Of a stretch of DNA of 64,000 bases, positions 51,809 through 60,477 are shown piece by piece. Below the pieces are notes generated by a model. It had not been told where the DNA came from. It saw only the letters and a program-made list of their open reading frames with translations, and made no database searches. The translations under genes were made by a program, and so were the position numbers. Numbering within the stretch: position 1 is the stretch's first letter; the number at the start of each line of letters is the position of its first letter. The stretch is from an uncultured Nitrososphaerota archaeon (GTDB lineage Archaea; Thermoproteota; Nitrososphaeria; Nitrososphaerales; Gagatemarchaeaceae). The DNA is taken from contig CAVRAG010000007.1 of NCBI GenBank assembly GCA_963718895.1, positions 32,001 to 96,000 on the forward strand. Direction: 5' to 3'.

Positions 51809-52573
51809 TCAGCGGACTATCGAGGCGAGGTACTCGTAGTTCTTCTTGGCCGAGGCTTCGACCTCTCCTTTCGGGGGGTTGTCCACTTCCACCATGATCG
51901 CCCCTGAGTACCCGATCGCCCGGAGTGCCTTGAGAGAGCCTTTCAGGTCGGCCACGCCATCCCCGAGGTCGACGAAGTCCTTGTTGTAATCGACCTCCTC
52001 CTGGGGTATCTTGGCGCGCAGGTCTTTGAAATGGACGAGTGAGATTGACTTCTTGTAGCGGTTGATGAACTTGGGCACGTCGATGTCCAGCGCCGTGAGG
52101 TGCGCTGTGTCGACGCAGACCGAGGTCCGGTTGGGCGCGCACGCCTTCATGATACGGTCAAGATCCTCGGTGGTGAGAATGTTGGACCTGACGTGGGGAT
52201 GCAGCGACACGTCGACCCCTGCCTTCGCGCACGCCGCGCTGAGAGTCTTCGTCTTCTCGATGGCTTCGTCGATGTCTGTCTCGAAGAGGCAGAGCCACCC
52301 CACGGACGACCCGAACGCCCTGACGATCTTGGCCATCGTCGGCGAGGTGTCTATGGCGACGGCCGCGACCGTCAGCCCTGCCTTCTTGGCGGCCGCGCCT
52401 CCGAGCTCGACGTGCTCCCTCAGTGAGGTTGACAGCATAGGATACTCAATCCCCGCGTCCGAGTAGCCCAGCCTCTTTATCGACGCGAGCGCCCTCTCGA
52501 ACTCTTTCATCCCCTTGAGCTCACCCCAGGTTATCGTGCTGCAGGATAGAATCATCTGTCGTTTGTCTCCCAA
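51809..52573 (-). CDS. Sugar phosphate isomerase/epimerase TIM barrel (IolE/MocC-like)
   Basis: TITWG, LHPH, VDTAH, VHFKD, LGDG.AD, GYSG..MVE. Confidence 0.8.
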   Translation of the reverse strand: MGDKRQMILSCSTITWGELKGMKEFERALASIKRLGYSDAGIEYPMLSTSLREHVELGGAAAKKAGLTVAAVAIDTSPTMAKIVRAFGSSVGWLCLFETDIDEAIEKTKTLSAACAKAGVDVSLHPHVRSNILTTEDLDRIMKACAPNRTSVCVDTAHLTALDIDVPKFINRYKKSISLVHFKDLRAKIPQEEVDYNKDFVDLGDGVADLKGSLKALRAIGYSGAIMVEVDNPPKGEVEASAKKNYEYLASIVR

Positions 52574-52802
52574 CGGTTAACCCCCGTGGCTTATAATCAA
52601 TCTGCGTCCCGAGTCGTGGTGCCAACGGCTCGGGCCGGCGTGGTCGCCCGCTCCAATGAGGCCTCGCAGAGTGAGGTCGCCCGTGGATAGCAGCGCGGAC
52701 AGCCAGCTTAGACGCAGTCGTACCCGGAGACTGAGGAGGATGGCCGGCAGCGAGAGAGTAGCACTCGATCTGCTTTTATGACCCGTTGCGTCATCGAACA
52801 TC

Positions 52803-53315
52803 ATGCGACCGGCGGTACGGCGAAAGCTGCCGGCGGTGAAGATGGTCTCTGATTGGCGCAGGTCGTTCGTAGAGATTCTGGACAGGCCTGCGTCAGAGCT
52901 TCAGGGCCATCAAGCCTTCAAGCCTAACCAGAAACTCCTGGCGCTCTGGGCTGCGGACTGCGCCGAGCACGTGCTTCCATACTTTGAGGAGAAGCATCCG
53001 AAGGACGACAGGCCCCGAATAGCGATTGAAGCATGCCGAAGATGGGTGCATACCGGCGTGTTCAAGATGGCTGTCATACGCAAGGCCTCGCTGGACTCGC
53101 ATGCCGCAGCCCGTGAAGCGAAAGAGAATGATGCGATTGCTGCCGCCCGCGCGGCGGGCCACGCGGTCGCCACCGCGCACGTCCCCGACCATTCCATAGG
53201 TGCTGCTGTGTACGCCGCCAAAGCCGCCGCCGCCCATTCTGGCAGTGTGGATGACGGCCTCGTGAGGGAACGCAATTGGCAGCTCCGACGGTTGCGTCGC
53301 TTGGCTAACGCGTGA
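52803..53315 (+). CDS. Imm5-like putative immunity protein
   Basis: LALWAADCAEHVLPYFE...DDRPR.AI, AARAAGHAVATAHV. Confidence 0.75.
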   Translation: MRPAVRRKLPAVKMVSDWRRSFVEILDRPASELQGHQAFKPNQKLLALWAADCAEHVLPYFEEKHPKDDRPRIAIEACRRWVHTGVFKMAVIRKASLDSHAAAREAKENDAIAAARAAGHAVATAHVPDHSIGAAVYAAKAAAAHSGSVDDGLVRERNWQLRRLRRLANA

Positions 53316-53459
53316 CGGTCTCGACGAGTAGGCGCGGCCACCTGGAGATGTCGCCGGCCTCAGCGCAGCCAGCTGCGCGCTCTCTTTCGGGATGGGGTAG
53401 CCGGACCCTCCGGCGTCTCCCAACCCATTTAAGGCGAGGCCGCCATCGGTCGGAGTCAG

Positions 53460-54443
53460 ATGCCAAAGCCACTCATCTCGCTGGACATAGGGGAGAACTA
53501 CTACGACCCGAGGGACTTCGTCGAAGCTACGGTCTACGGAGAGGAGCTGGGTTTCAAGAGGTTGTGGTTCGGTGACCACTTCATGCCCTGGTTCCACAGG
53601 AGCGACAGGTCGTCGTTCGTCTGGTCCGTCATGGCCGCTGCGCTCGAGAGGACGAAGAAGGTGGAGCTCGGCCCGCTGGTGACAACGCCCATAGGGGCGC
53701 GCTACCACCCGGCCCTGATAGCGCAGGCCGCGGCCACCCTCGACAACATGTATCCTGGGAGGTTCCTGGTCTCCGTAGGCTCCGGCGAGGCCGTGAACGA
53801 GGTACCCTTCTGGAACGACCGCTGGCCAGGGTGGAAGGAGAGGATGGACCGTCTCTGCGAGGGCATCACCTTGATGCGGAAGATGTGGAACAGCACCAAG
53901 CCCTTCTCGTTCAAGGGGAAGTACTTCTCCTCCGAGTTCCTTCTGATGTACACCAAGCCGCGTACGAAGATGGATATCTACTTCTCCGCCGTCGGCGAGA
54001 AGGCCGCATACAGGGCGGGGAAGTACGGGGACCACTTCGTGACGCTAAGTCCCGGGAACAGCGCGGAGAGGATACGCGACGTCCTGCTCCCCAAGTTCAG
54101 GGAAGGTCAGAAGGACTCAGGGAAGAAGGGAGGCAGGGTGGTGGTGCACGTCGACTATTCGTTCAAGAAGCCCGCTCAGATAATCAAAGATTCGGGCTGG
54201 GAGCTCTCGGCTTTCGTCGAGAACGCAGTGGACATCAGAACGCCCATCGCCCTGGAGAAGGCGGCGATGTCAATCACCCCCGAGCGCCTAAGCAAGTTCG
54301 TTCACTCGTGCAAGAACTGGGACGACGTTATCAAGAAGCTAGACGAGTACGTGAAGGTCGGCGCCTCCGAACTCATCCTCTTCAGCGCGCCGGTGAAGAA
54401 GGAGATGGAGGCCGTCGCGAAGAATGTCCTCCCCGTTTTCTAG
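53460..54443 (+). CDS. F420-dependent LLM oxidoreductase, Fgd-like
   Basis: DHFMPW, RYHPALIAQAAAT, GSGEAVNE; TTTAAG at 53428. Confidence 0.9.
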   Translation: MPKPLISLDIGENYYDPRDFVEATVYGEELGFKRLWFGDHFMPWFHRSDRSSFVWSVMAAALERTKKVELGPLVTTPIGARYHPALIAQAAATLDNMYPGRFLVSVGSGEAVNEVPFWNDRWPGWKERMDRLCEGITLMRKMWNSTKPFSFKGKYFSSEFLLMYTKPRTKMDIYFSAVGEKAAYRAGKYGDHFVTLSPGNSAERIRDVLLPKFREGQKDSGKKGGRVVVHVDYSFKKPAQIIKDSGWELSAFVENAVDIRTPIALEKAAMSITPERLSKFVHSCKNWDDVIKKLDEYVKVGASELILFSAPVKKEMEAVAKNVLPVF

Positions 54444-55434
54444 GATCAAGGTAGACTACCGGGGGATCGAGGAGGCCCTCCGCGACCTCGAGGACTACGC
54501 GGTCTTCACGGTCGAGCCTCCGTGGTCGAGCGTGCGGGGACTCCTGGCCCATCCCCCAGCAGTGACCGTGATGGTGGGCGAGGTCGACCGGGAGACGCTC
54601 GACGCGAACACGTCCAGGGTCCATCACGCCCGCACAGCGGTCGGGCTGGGCGGCGGGAGGGCGATAGACGCCGCGAAGTACTTCGCCCTGAAGACGGGGT
54701 GCAGGTTCGTCTCTGTGCCCACCATCCTGGCGGCCGACGCGTACCTGACCCCGAAGGCGGGGGTGCGGATTGACGGCGTGGTGAACTACATCGGGGACAA
54801 GTTCGCCGACGAGATCGTGGTTGATCAGAGGATAATCAGGGGCGCGCCAAAGAGGCTGAACAGGGCGGCGATAGGAGACATCTACTCGGCGCGGATATCG
54901 CTGATGGACTGGCGGAAGGCGAGGGACGAGTCAGGCGAGGAGTACGACGAGGACGTCGCGGCCAAGGCAGAGGAGGTGCTCTCGAGGCTCATGTCTCTGG
55001 CTCCAGAGATCAAGGAAGTCACCGAGAAAGCAATCCGCCCCATCGTCGAGATGCACATGACGCTCAACTCGCTCCAGTTCCCCTACCTCGGGCGCGGCAG
55101 GTTCTGGCCGCAGGAGGGGACCGAGCACCTCTTCTTCTACGCCCTCGAGAAGCTCGTCGGTCGGCCCTTCGTGCACGGCGACGTCATCAGCACTGGGGCC
55201 GTGGTGGCGACCTATCTCCACGGCGGGGACCCGGAGAGGACCAAGAGGGACCTGGAGTCGTTCGGCGTCGACTTCACAGCCGGCGCGATCGGCATAAGCC
55301 GCGACGAGTTCGGGAGGACGATAAGGTCGATGAAGCAGGTCGGGAGGGAGGCGGGCGCCGAGTACCTCGTGGTCCAGAAGGGCACCCCCTCCGACTCGCA
55401 GATCGATGAGATGTGGCGCCTCGTCTCTCAGTAG
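54424..55434 (+). CDS. Glycerol-1-phosphate-dehydrogenase-like (EgsA/AraM, iron-ADH/DHQS superfamily)
   Basis: GLGGGRAIDAAK, VSVPT, GD, EH and HG ligands. Confidence 0.8.
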   Translation: MSSPFSRIKVDYRGIEEALRDLEDYAVFTVEPPWSSVRGLLAHPPAVTVMVGEVDRETLDANTSRVHHARTAVGLGGGRAIDAAKYFALKTGCRFVSVPTILAADAYLTPKAGVRIDGVVNYIGDKFADEIVVDQRIIRGAPKRLNRAAIGDIYSARISLMDWRKARDESGEEYDEDVAAKAEEVLSRLMSLAPEIKEVTEKAIRPIVEMHMTLNSLQFPYLGRGRFWPQEGTEHLFFYALEKLVGRPFVHGDVISTGAVVATYLHGGDPERTKRDLESFGVDFTAGAIGISRDEFGRTIRSMKQVGREAGAEYLVVQKGTPSDSQIDEMWRLVSQ

Positions 55435-56459
55435 GACGGCGGCCCCAGTCTGGCGCCGGCGGCGATCTCTTCGAGGCGGCCCATGTCGTCGCCCGTGAGC
55501 CTTACGTCGAGCGCACCCACGTTGTCCTCGAGGTGCGCGACCTTGGTTATGCCCAGAATCGGGATTATGGTCAGCCCGAGGTCGCCCTGCTTGTGCAGCA
55601 TCCAGGCGAGCGAGAGCTGCGGGAGGGTGATGCCCTTCTCCTTGGCGATGTCGAGCAGACCGCTGACCGCGTCGGCGGTCTCCTGGTTGAGGTACTGGCC
55701 CACGACCTGGGTGATGTAGGAGGCCCTGCTCCCTGCCTCGACGCCCGACAGATACTTCCCGGAGAGGACTCCCTGGGCTAGGGGGACGTAGGCCATGACG
55801 GCCATCCCGTACTTCTTGGCGACAGGCAGCGTCTCGCCCTCTACTCGCCTTTCGAGCAGGTTGTAGGGCTCCTGCATCGAGGCGAACCCCTCTATCTGCA
55901 GCCGCTTGGCGGTCTCCATGAACTCCACCACGTTGGCCGGCGAGTGGTTGCTCTCACCAAGATAGTGGACTAGTCCGCGGTCCACGAGGTTGTTCAGGGC
56001 CTTCAGCGTCTCCGCGTTCGGGGTGGTGTTGTCCTCCCAGTGGATCTGGTAGAGGTCGACGTACTCTAGGTCGAGCCGCCTAAGCGACTCTCTAATCTGC
56101 CACATGATGTGCTTCCTCGAAAGACCCTGGCCGTTCGGCCAGGAAGCCATCGGGCCCCTCACCTTCGTCGCGATCACCCAGGACTCCCTGTCGTAGCCCT
56201 TCAGGATGGCGCCCAGGATCTTCTCTGAGTTACCTACGTGGTTCAGGTCGGCGGTCGACATCCTACCGTGGTACCTGTTCGCGCCGTCGATGAAGTTGAT
56301 ACCTAGGTCGTAGGCCTTCCTCACGATCCTCTCGAACGTCTCTGTGTCTACCTTCTCCACACCGAACTCGTCGTTTTCCCCCGCTCCAGGGAGGTGCCAG
56401 GCGCCCAGGCAGAACTGGGAGACGGTGAGGCCTGTCTCGCCGAATCTGACGTATTTCAA
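55428..56459 (-). CDS. Aldo/keto reductase
   Basis: FIDGANRY, IATKV, SLRRL..EYVDLYQIH, PLAQG. Confidence 0.93.
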   Translation of the reverse strand: MKYVRFGETGLTVSQFCLGAWHLPGAGENDEFGVEKVDTETFERIVRKAYDLGINFIDGANRYHGRMSTADLNHVGNSEKILGAILKGYDRESWVIATKVRGPMASWPNGQGLSRKHIMWQIRESLRRLDLEYVDLYQIHWEDNTTPNAETLKALNNLVDRGLVHYLGESNHSPANVVEFMETAKRLQIEGFASMQEPYNLLERRVEGETLPVAKKYGMAVMAYVPLAQGVLSGKYLSGVEAGSRASYITQVVGQYLNQETADAVSGLLDIAKEKGITLPQLSLAWMLHKQGDLGLTIIPILGITKVAHLEDNVGALDVRLTGDDMGRLEEIAAGARLGPPSY

Positions 56460-56520
56460 GCGGCCGATATCATCCTACTTGATACTAAAACCTTGCAGGT
56501 CTCAGCAGGACCGGCGCGGG

Positions 56521-57696
56521 TTAGGGAAGAGCCTTCGAGCTCTTCTTCAGGTGGCTCTCAAACTCCTCCTCGTCGAGCTCTATCCCGAGTCCTGGACCGG
56601 TGGGCAGAGCGATTCGGCCGTTCTTCACGACCGGGCGCCCTTTGGCCTTGACGAGCTTGCCCCACCAGGGGATGTCGTTCGCATGGAACTCGAGCACGAG
56701 GAAGTTGGGGATGGACGCGCACGCATGGACGGCCGCCATCGTGCCGACGGGGCTTGCGATGTTGTGCGGCGCAAGCGGGATGTAGTACTGGTCCGCGTAG
56801 TCGGCTATCTTCTTGGTCTCGAGGATCCCTCCCGCCTTCTGGACGTCGGGCGAGAGGACGTCGGCGGCCTGGTACTCGACCAGCTCCCGGAAGCCGTGGC
56901 GCCCGACCTTGTGCTCCCCGGTGCAGATGGGGACAGGGCTCCTCTTCGAGACCTTCGCCATCGCCCTGGCGTTCTCAGAGTGGATGGGGTCCTCGAGCCA
57001 GAGCAGGTCGTAGGGCTCGAGCTTGTCGGCGAGCCTGATCGCGTCCTTCACGCTGTACTGCCAATGGCAGTCGAAGGCCACGTCGACGTTCTCGCCCACC
57101 GCCTCCCTCACGCTCTCGACCAGCCTGACCCTGTACCTGAGGTCCTCGTTTCCCATGCACCCGTTGTACCTGTCCTGCTTGTAGCGGTCGGGAAGGTCGA
57201 GGTCGAACTTGATGGCGTCGTATCCCTGGGCCTTCACCTTTCGGGCCTTCGCCGCGTAGGCCTCGGGGGTGTGGACTCCCTTGAGGACGACCGGCCCCAA
57301 CCTGATCTCCTCTTCGTGGCCCTCCCCCTCGCCGGCCGCGCAGTCGGCGTACACCCTGATCTCGTCCCTGTACTTCCCGCCCAGGAGCCTGTAGACCGGG
57401 ACCTTCATCGCCTTCCCGGCTATGTCCCAGAGCGCGGTCTCGACGCCGCTTATTGCGGCCATCAGAGACGCGCCGTTCTCCCTCTGGAAGGCAGAGTACA
57501 GCTTCCAGTAGAGCCTGTCGACGTCGAGCGGGTCCTCCCCGACGAGGAACGGTTTGAGAAGACGGAGCATGTCGCCCCCAATCGTTCCCGCGTAGATCTC
57601 CCCGAGACCGGATATCCCCTCGTCGGTGTACACCCTGACGACTATCCAGTCGAAGTTCCCCTCGATCGTCGTCGCGCGGACGTCGGTGATCTTCAT
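56521..57696 (-). CDS. Mandelate racemase/MLE-family sugar-acid dehydratase
   Basis: ATG 57696; ALWDIAGK, KFD, DCH, WLEDP, TGE, APHN. Confidence 0.92.
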   Translation of the reverse strand: MKITDVRATTIEGNFDWIVVRVYTDEGISGLGEIYAGTIGGDMLRLLKPFLVGEDPLDVDRLYWKLYSAFQRENGASLMAAISGVETALWDIAGKAMKVPVYRLLGGKYRDEIRVYADCAAGEGEGHEEEIRLGPVVLKGVHTPEAYAAKARKVKAQGYDAIKFDLDLPDRYKQDRYNGCMGNEDLRYRVRLVESVREAVGENVDVAFDCHWQYSVKDAIRLADKLEPYDLLWLEDPIHSENARAMAKVSKRSPVPICTGEHKVGRHGFRELVEYQAADVLSPDVQKAGGILETKKIADYADQYYIPLAPHNIASPVGTMAAVHACASIPNFLVLEFHANDIPWWGKLVKAKGRPVVKNGRIALPTGPGLGIELDEEEFESHLKKSSKALP

Positions 57697-57822
57697 CAGG
57701 GACGGTCTGCGGCCCCGTTTGATACTTAAGGCTCTAGCGGAATCTCCCAGAAGTCGGAGAGGCAAACGCCGGGCGAGGGACGAGCCAAGAGTTATCAATA
57801 TCCATCGGAATGCGACGGTCCG

Positions 57823-58881
57823 TTGAGATCCACCCAAACTCGTCTCAGATTCGGTCTGGCAGAGATAAGCGCGGAGCCGCAGCAGGCGGTGGAGGACGGA
57901 GTCCTCGCAGAGAAGGCCGGCTTCGACTCGCTCTGGGTCCCCGATCACATAGTGGACGTGAACGGTGACAAGCTCGAGCCCTGGACCGTGCTCTCGGCCG
58001 TCGCGGTGCAGACCAAGAAGATCGAGCTAGGGCCGGCTGTCACCGACACGCAGCGCGCCCACCCCTCGCGGACCGCCCACGTGGCGACGACCCTGAACCA
58101 CATCTCGAAGGGGAGGGTCCTGCTCGGGATAGGCGCGGGAGAGGCCATGAACGTAGTGCCCTACGGGCTACCCTGGGGCGAGCCTGCGGAGCGGGCCGCC
58201 CGGCTGGAGGAGGCGGTGAAGGTCATCAAGCTGCTCTGGTCGAGCAGCAGGGAGCAGACGGTCTCCTTCTCGGGCGCTTACTACTCGCTCAACAAGGCCT
58301 TCATCAGCCTAGGGCAGTACGGGGGCGCTCCCCCTCCCGTTTACGTCGGCGCCATGAACGCCCGGACAACGCTGGAGCTGACCGGGAGGATGGGCGAGGG
58401 ATGGTTCTGCTGGTTCAACACCCCGGAGACCTTCGCGAAGAAGTGGAAGGTCGTCTCCGAGGCCGCCAGGACGGCTGGGAGGGACCCGAGGAAGATAGAC
58501 ACTTGCTCCCACCTCATGATAGCGTTGCCTCGCAACTCGGAGGAGAGGAAGTCCGCCATGCTCGGGGCGAAGGCCACGCTGCTCATGGAGCGAAGGACCC
58601 TCGCGAGCATGGGCTACGAGGTGCCTGCTGACTTGCTCCAGTACCAGAATTTCACCATCTCCAAGGACTACGTCGCCGCCATAATGGAGAGGGCCTCGGA
58701 AATTCCCGAGGAGTACGTCCACCGGTGCATGGCCATCGGGACGCTCGAAGACGTCGACCGGCTGGTGGAACAGTTCGCAAAGGCCGGCATCAAGCACATA
58801 GTGATCGCGGACTTCCTGGCCCCCAAGACCACAAAGAAGACCATCCAAAGCCTTAGGAAACTGATAGCTTCGCATCACTGA
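57823..58881 (+). CDS. LLM-class (probably F420-dependent) oxidoreductase
   Basis: LWVPDH, VTDTQRAHP, GIGAGEAMN. Confidence 0.9.
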   Translation: MRSTQTRLRFGLAEISAEPQQAVEDGVLAEKAGFDSLWVPDHIVDVNGDKLEPWTVLSAVAVQTKKIELGPAVTDTQRAHPSRTAHVATTLNHISKGRVLLGIGAGEAMNVVPYGLPWGEPAERAARLEEAVKVIKLLWSSSREQTVSFSGAYYSLNKAFISLGQYGGAPPPVYVGAMNARTTLELTGRMGEGWFCWFNTPETFAKKWKVVSEAARTAGRDPRKIDTCSHLMIALPRNSEERKSAMLGAKATLLMERRTLASMGYEVPADLLQYQNFTISKDYVAAIMERASEIPEEYVHRCMAIGTLEDVDRLVEQFAKAGIKHIVIADFLAPKTTKKTIQSLRKLIASHH

Positions 58882-59130
58882 GCGCTCCTCCTCGATGGGC
58901 AACACGTGTGATGGACAGGAAGGGGTTAGCCATCTCTTAGGGTCCATGTCACAACCCGCTTGCAAGTCATGTCTCTCCGGTGACGAAGTCAAGGACTTGT
59001 TTGGCAATGATGGCTCTAGGGCGCCGAGAATCCAGGGAGACGATTCGCGGTCAGGCAACAGGCAGAGAGACGGCTCTCTCGGCGCCTACAGGTTTGCAAG
59101 CCCGATTAAGTTCAAATTCCCCCGAAGCAA

Positions 59131-60174
59131 TTGGCCTGCGAGGTCTCACATCAACACTTGAGCAGGACGGCCAACTCAGATTCCATCAATTCAGAACAGC
59201 GCGTCATAGCGTGGCTGCTCGAGGAAGATCAGCCCTCAGTCCGATATCGAACGCTAGTTGACATCCTGGGGCGCAAGGAATCCGATCCGGAAGCAAGAGA
59301 AGCCCGTTCAATGATTCCCAAGAAAGGCTGGGCCAACGACATCCTGAGGCTCCAGAAACCAAAGGGATTCTTTGAACCACGAGAGCCCAAGAGTGTCCGC
59401 AGTTGGGTGAGATTCCTGCACTTCCCGGAGTACCGTTCTACAGTTTGGCGAGCCTTGGTTCTCTCAGACCTTGGGCTCACTTCGGAAGACCCTAGGATAG
59501 GAAAGATCGCGGAAGTCCTCTTCGAGTACAAGCTTCAGCTGGGGACGCCGGTCAACTTCTTCACCGAAGAGGTTTGCATCGTCGGGAATACAGCGCGGAT
59601 GATGGCGCGCTTCGGATACGGCGACGACTACAGGGTCAGGAAGTTGTATGATAGGCTGCTTGAGGACCAGAAGGAAGACGGCGGCTGGAACTGTAATCAG
59701 AGCGAGCGCGGCGGTACTCTGGACAGCTGGGAAGCCCTGGCCGCCTTTGCCGCGCTGCCAAAGTCGAAGCGGTCCAGGAGGATCCAGCAGTCCATTTCGC
59801 GCGGAGCCGAATTCTATTTGGAAAGAAACCTGTTCGAGGAGGGCGAAGGAAAATACCTGCCCTGGTTTAGGTTCCACTATCCTGTTCACTACTTCTATGA
59901 CGTATTGGTCGGGTTCGACATGATCACGGCGCTGGGATATGCGGACGATCCGCGGCTCAAGCCCGCCCTCAAAGTGCTCAATGACAAACGCAGAAGGAAC
60001 GGAACTTGGCTTCTCGACAAAGTGCACCCCGACCTGGACACAGGCGCGAACGATGACCTTGTGAAGAGGGTGAAGAAGCTCAGGCCCTTTGCGTTGGAAA
60101 GGCCGGGCGAGCCGAGCAAGTGGATTACGCTCTTGGCCCTTCGAGCCCAGAAAAGAGTCGAGGACGCCAACTAG
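59131..60174 (+). CDS. Prenyltransferase/squalene-cyclase-repeat alpha/alpha-barrel protein
   Basis: WLLEEDQPSVRY, QKEDGGWNC, FHYP..Y.YD, SKWITL. The start codon is uncertain. Confidence 0.7.
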   Translation: MACEVSHQHLSRTANSDSINSEQRVIAWLLEEDQPSVRYRTLVDILGRKESDPEAREARSMIPKKGWANDILRLQKPKGFFEPREPKSVRSWVRFLHFPEYRSTVWRALVLSDLGLTSEDPRIGKIAEVLFEYKLQLGTPVNFFTEEVCIVGNTARMMARFGYGDDYRVRKLYDRLLEDQKEDGGWNCNQSERGGTLDSWEALAAFAALPKSKRSRRIQQSISRGAEFYLERNLFEEGEGKYLPWFRFHYPVHYFYDVLVGFDMITALGYADDPRLKPALKVLNDKRRRNGTWLLDKVHPDLDTGANDDLVKRVKKLRPFALERPGEPSKWITLLALRAQKRVEDAN

Positions 60175-60477
60175 AGAAGGAACGCACCGTTTGCAGAGTG
60201 TCGAGCGAAGAGGCGCATGTCGTCGCGGCTTACAAGAGGAACGTGGACTTCTTCCAGCGCGCTAGTCTCCCGGACGCACAAGAGGCCTTCAACGCGGGGC
60301 TTGAGGCAGGAATACCTAGACGACCGATCCTCATCAGAAGGATGAAATGAACGAGGATGCGCTGAAAGTTCTCGGCGGCGCTGGGTCAAGAGAACAGTCG
60401 GCAGGTGTGGATCCGTCCCTTCCGCGTCACCCTTTGCTCAACATGACGCGTGACCCTGCCGCTAATCCGTTGACCGG

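Noticed and set aside
54424-55434. 2-deoxy-scyllo-inosose synthase / dehydroquinate synthase
   Set aside because: It lacks the D(S/A)SxGGKxxxN cyclase motif and fits G1PDH-like dehydrogenases better.
60198-60350. Short ORF MSSEEAHVVAAYKRN...
   Set aside because: About 50 aa with no recognisable motif or promoter; cannot be supported.
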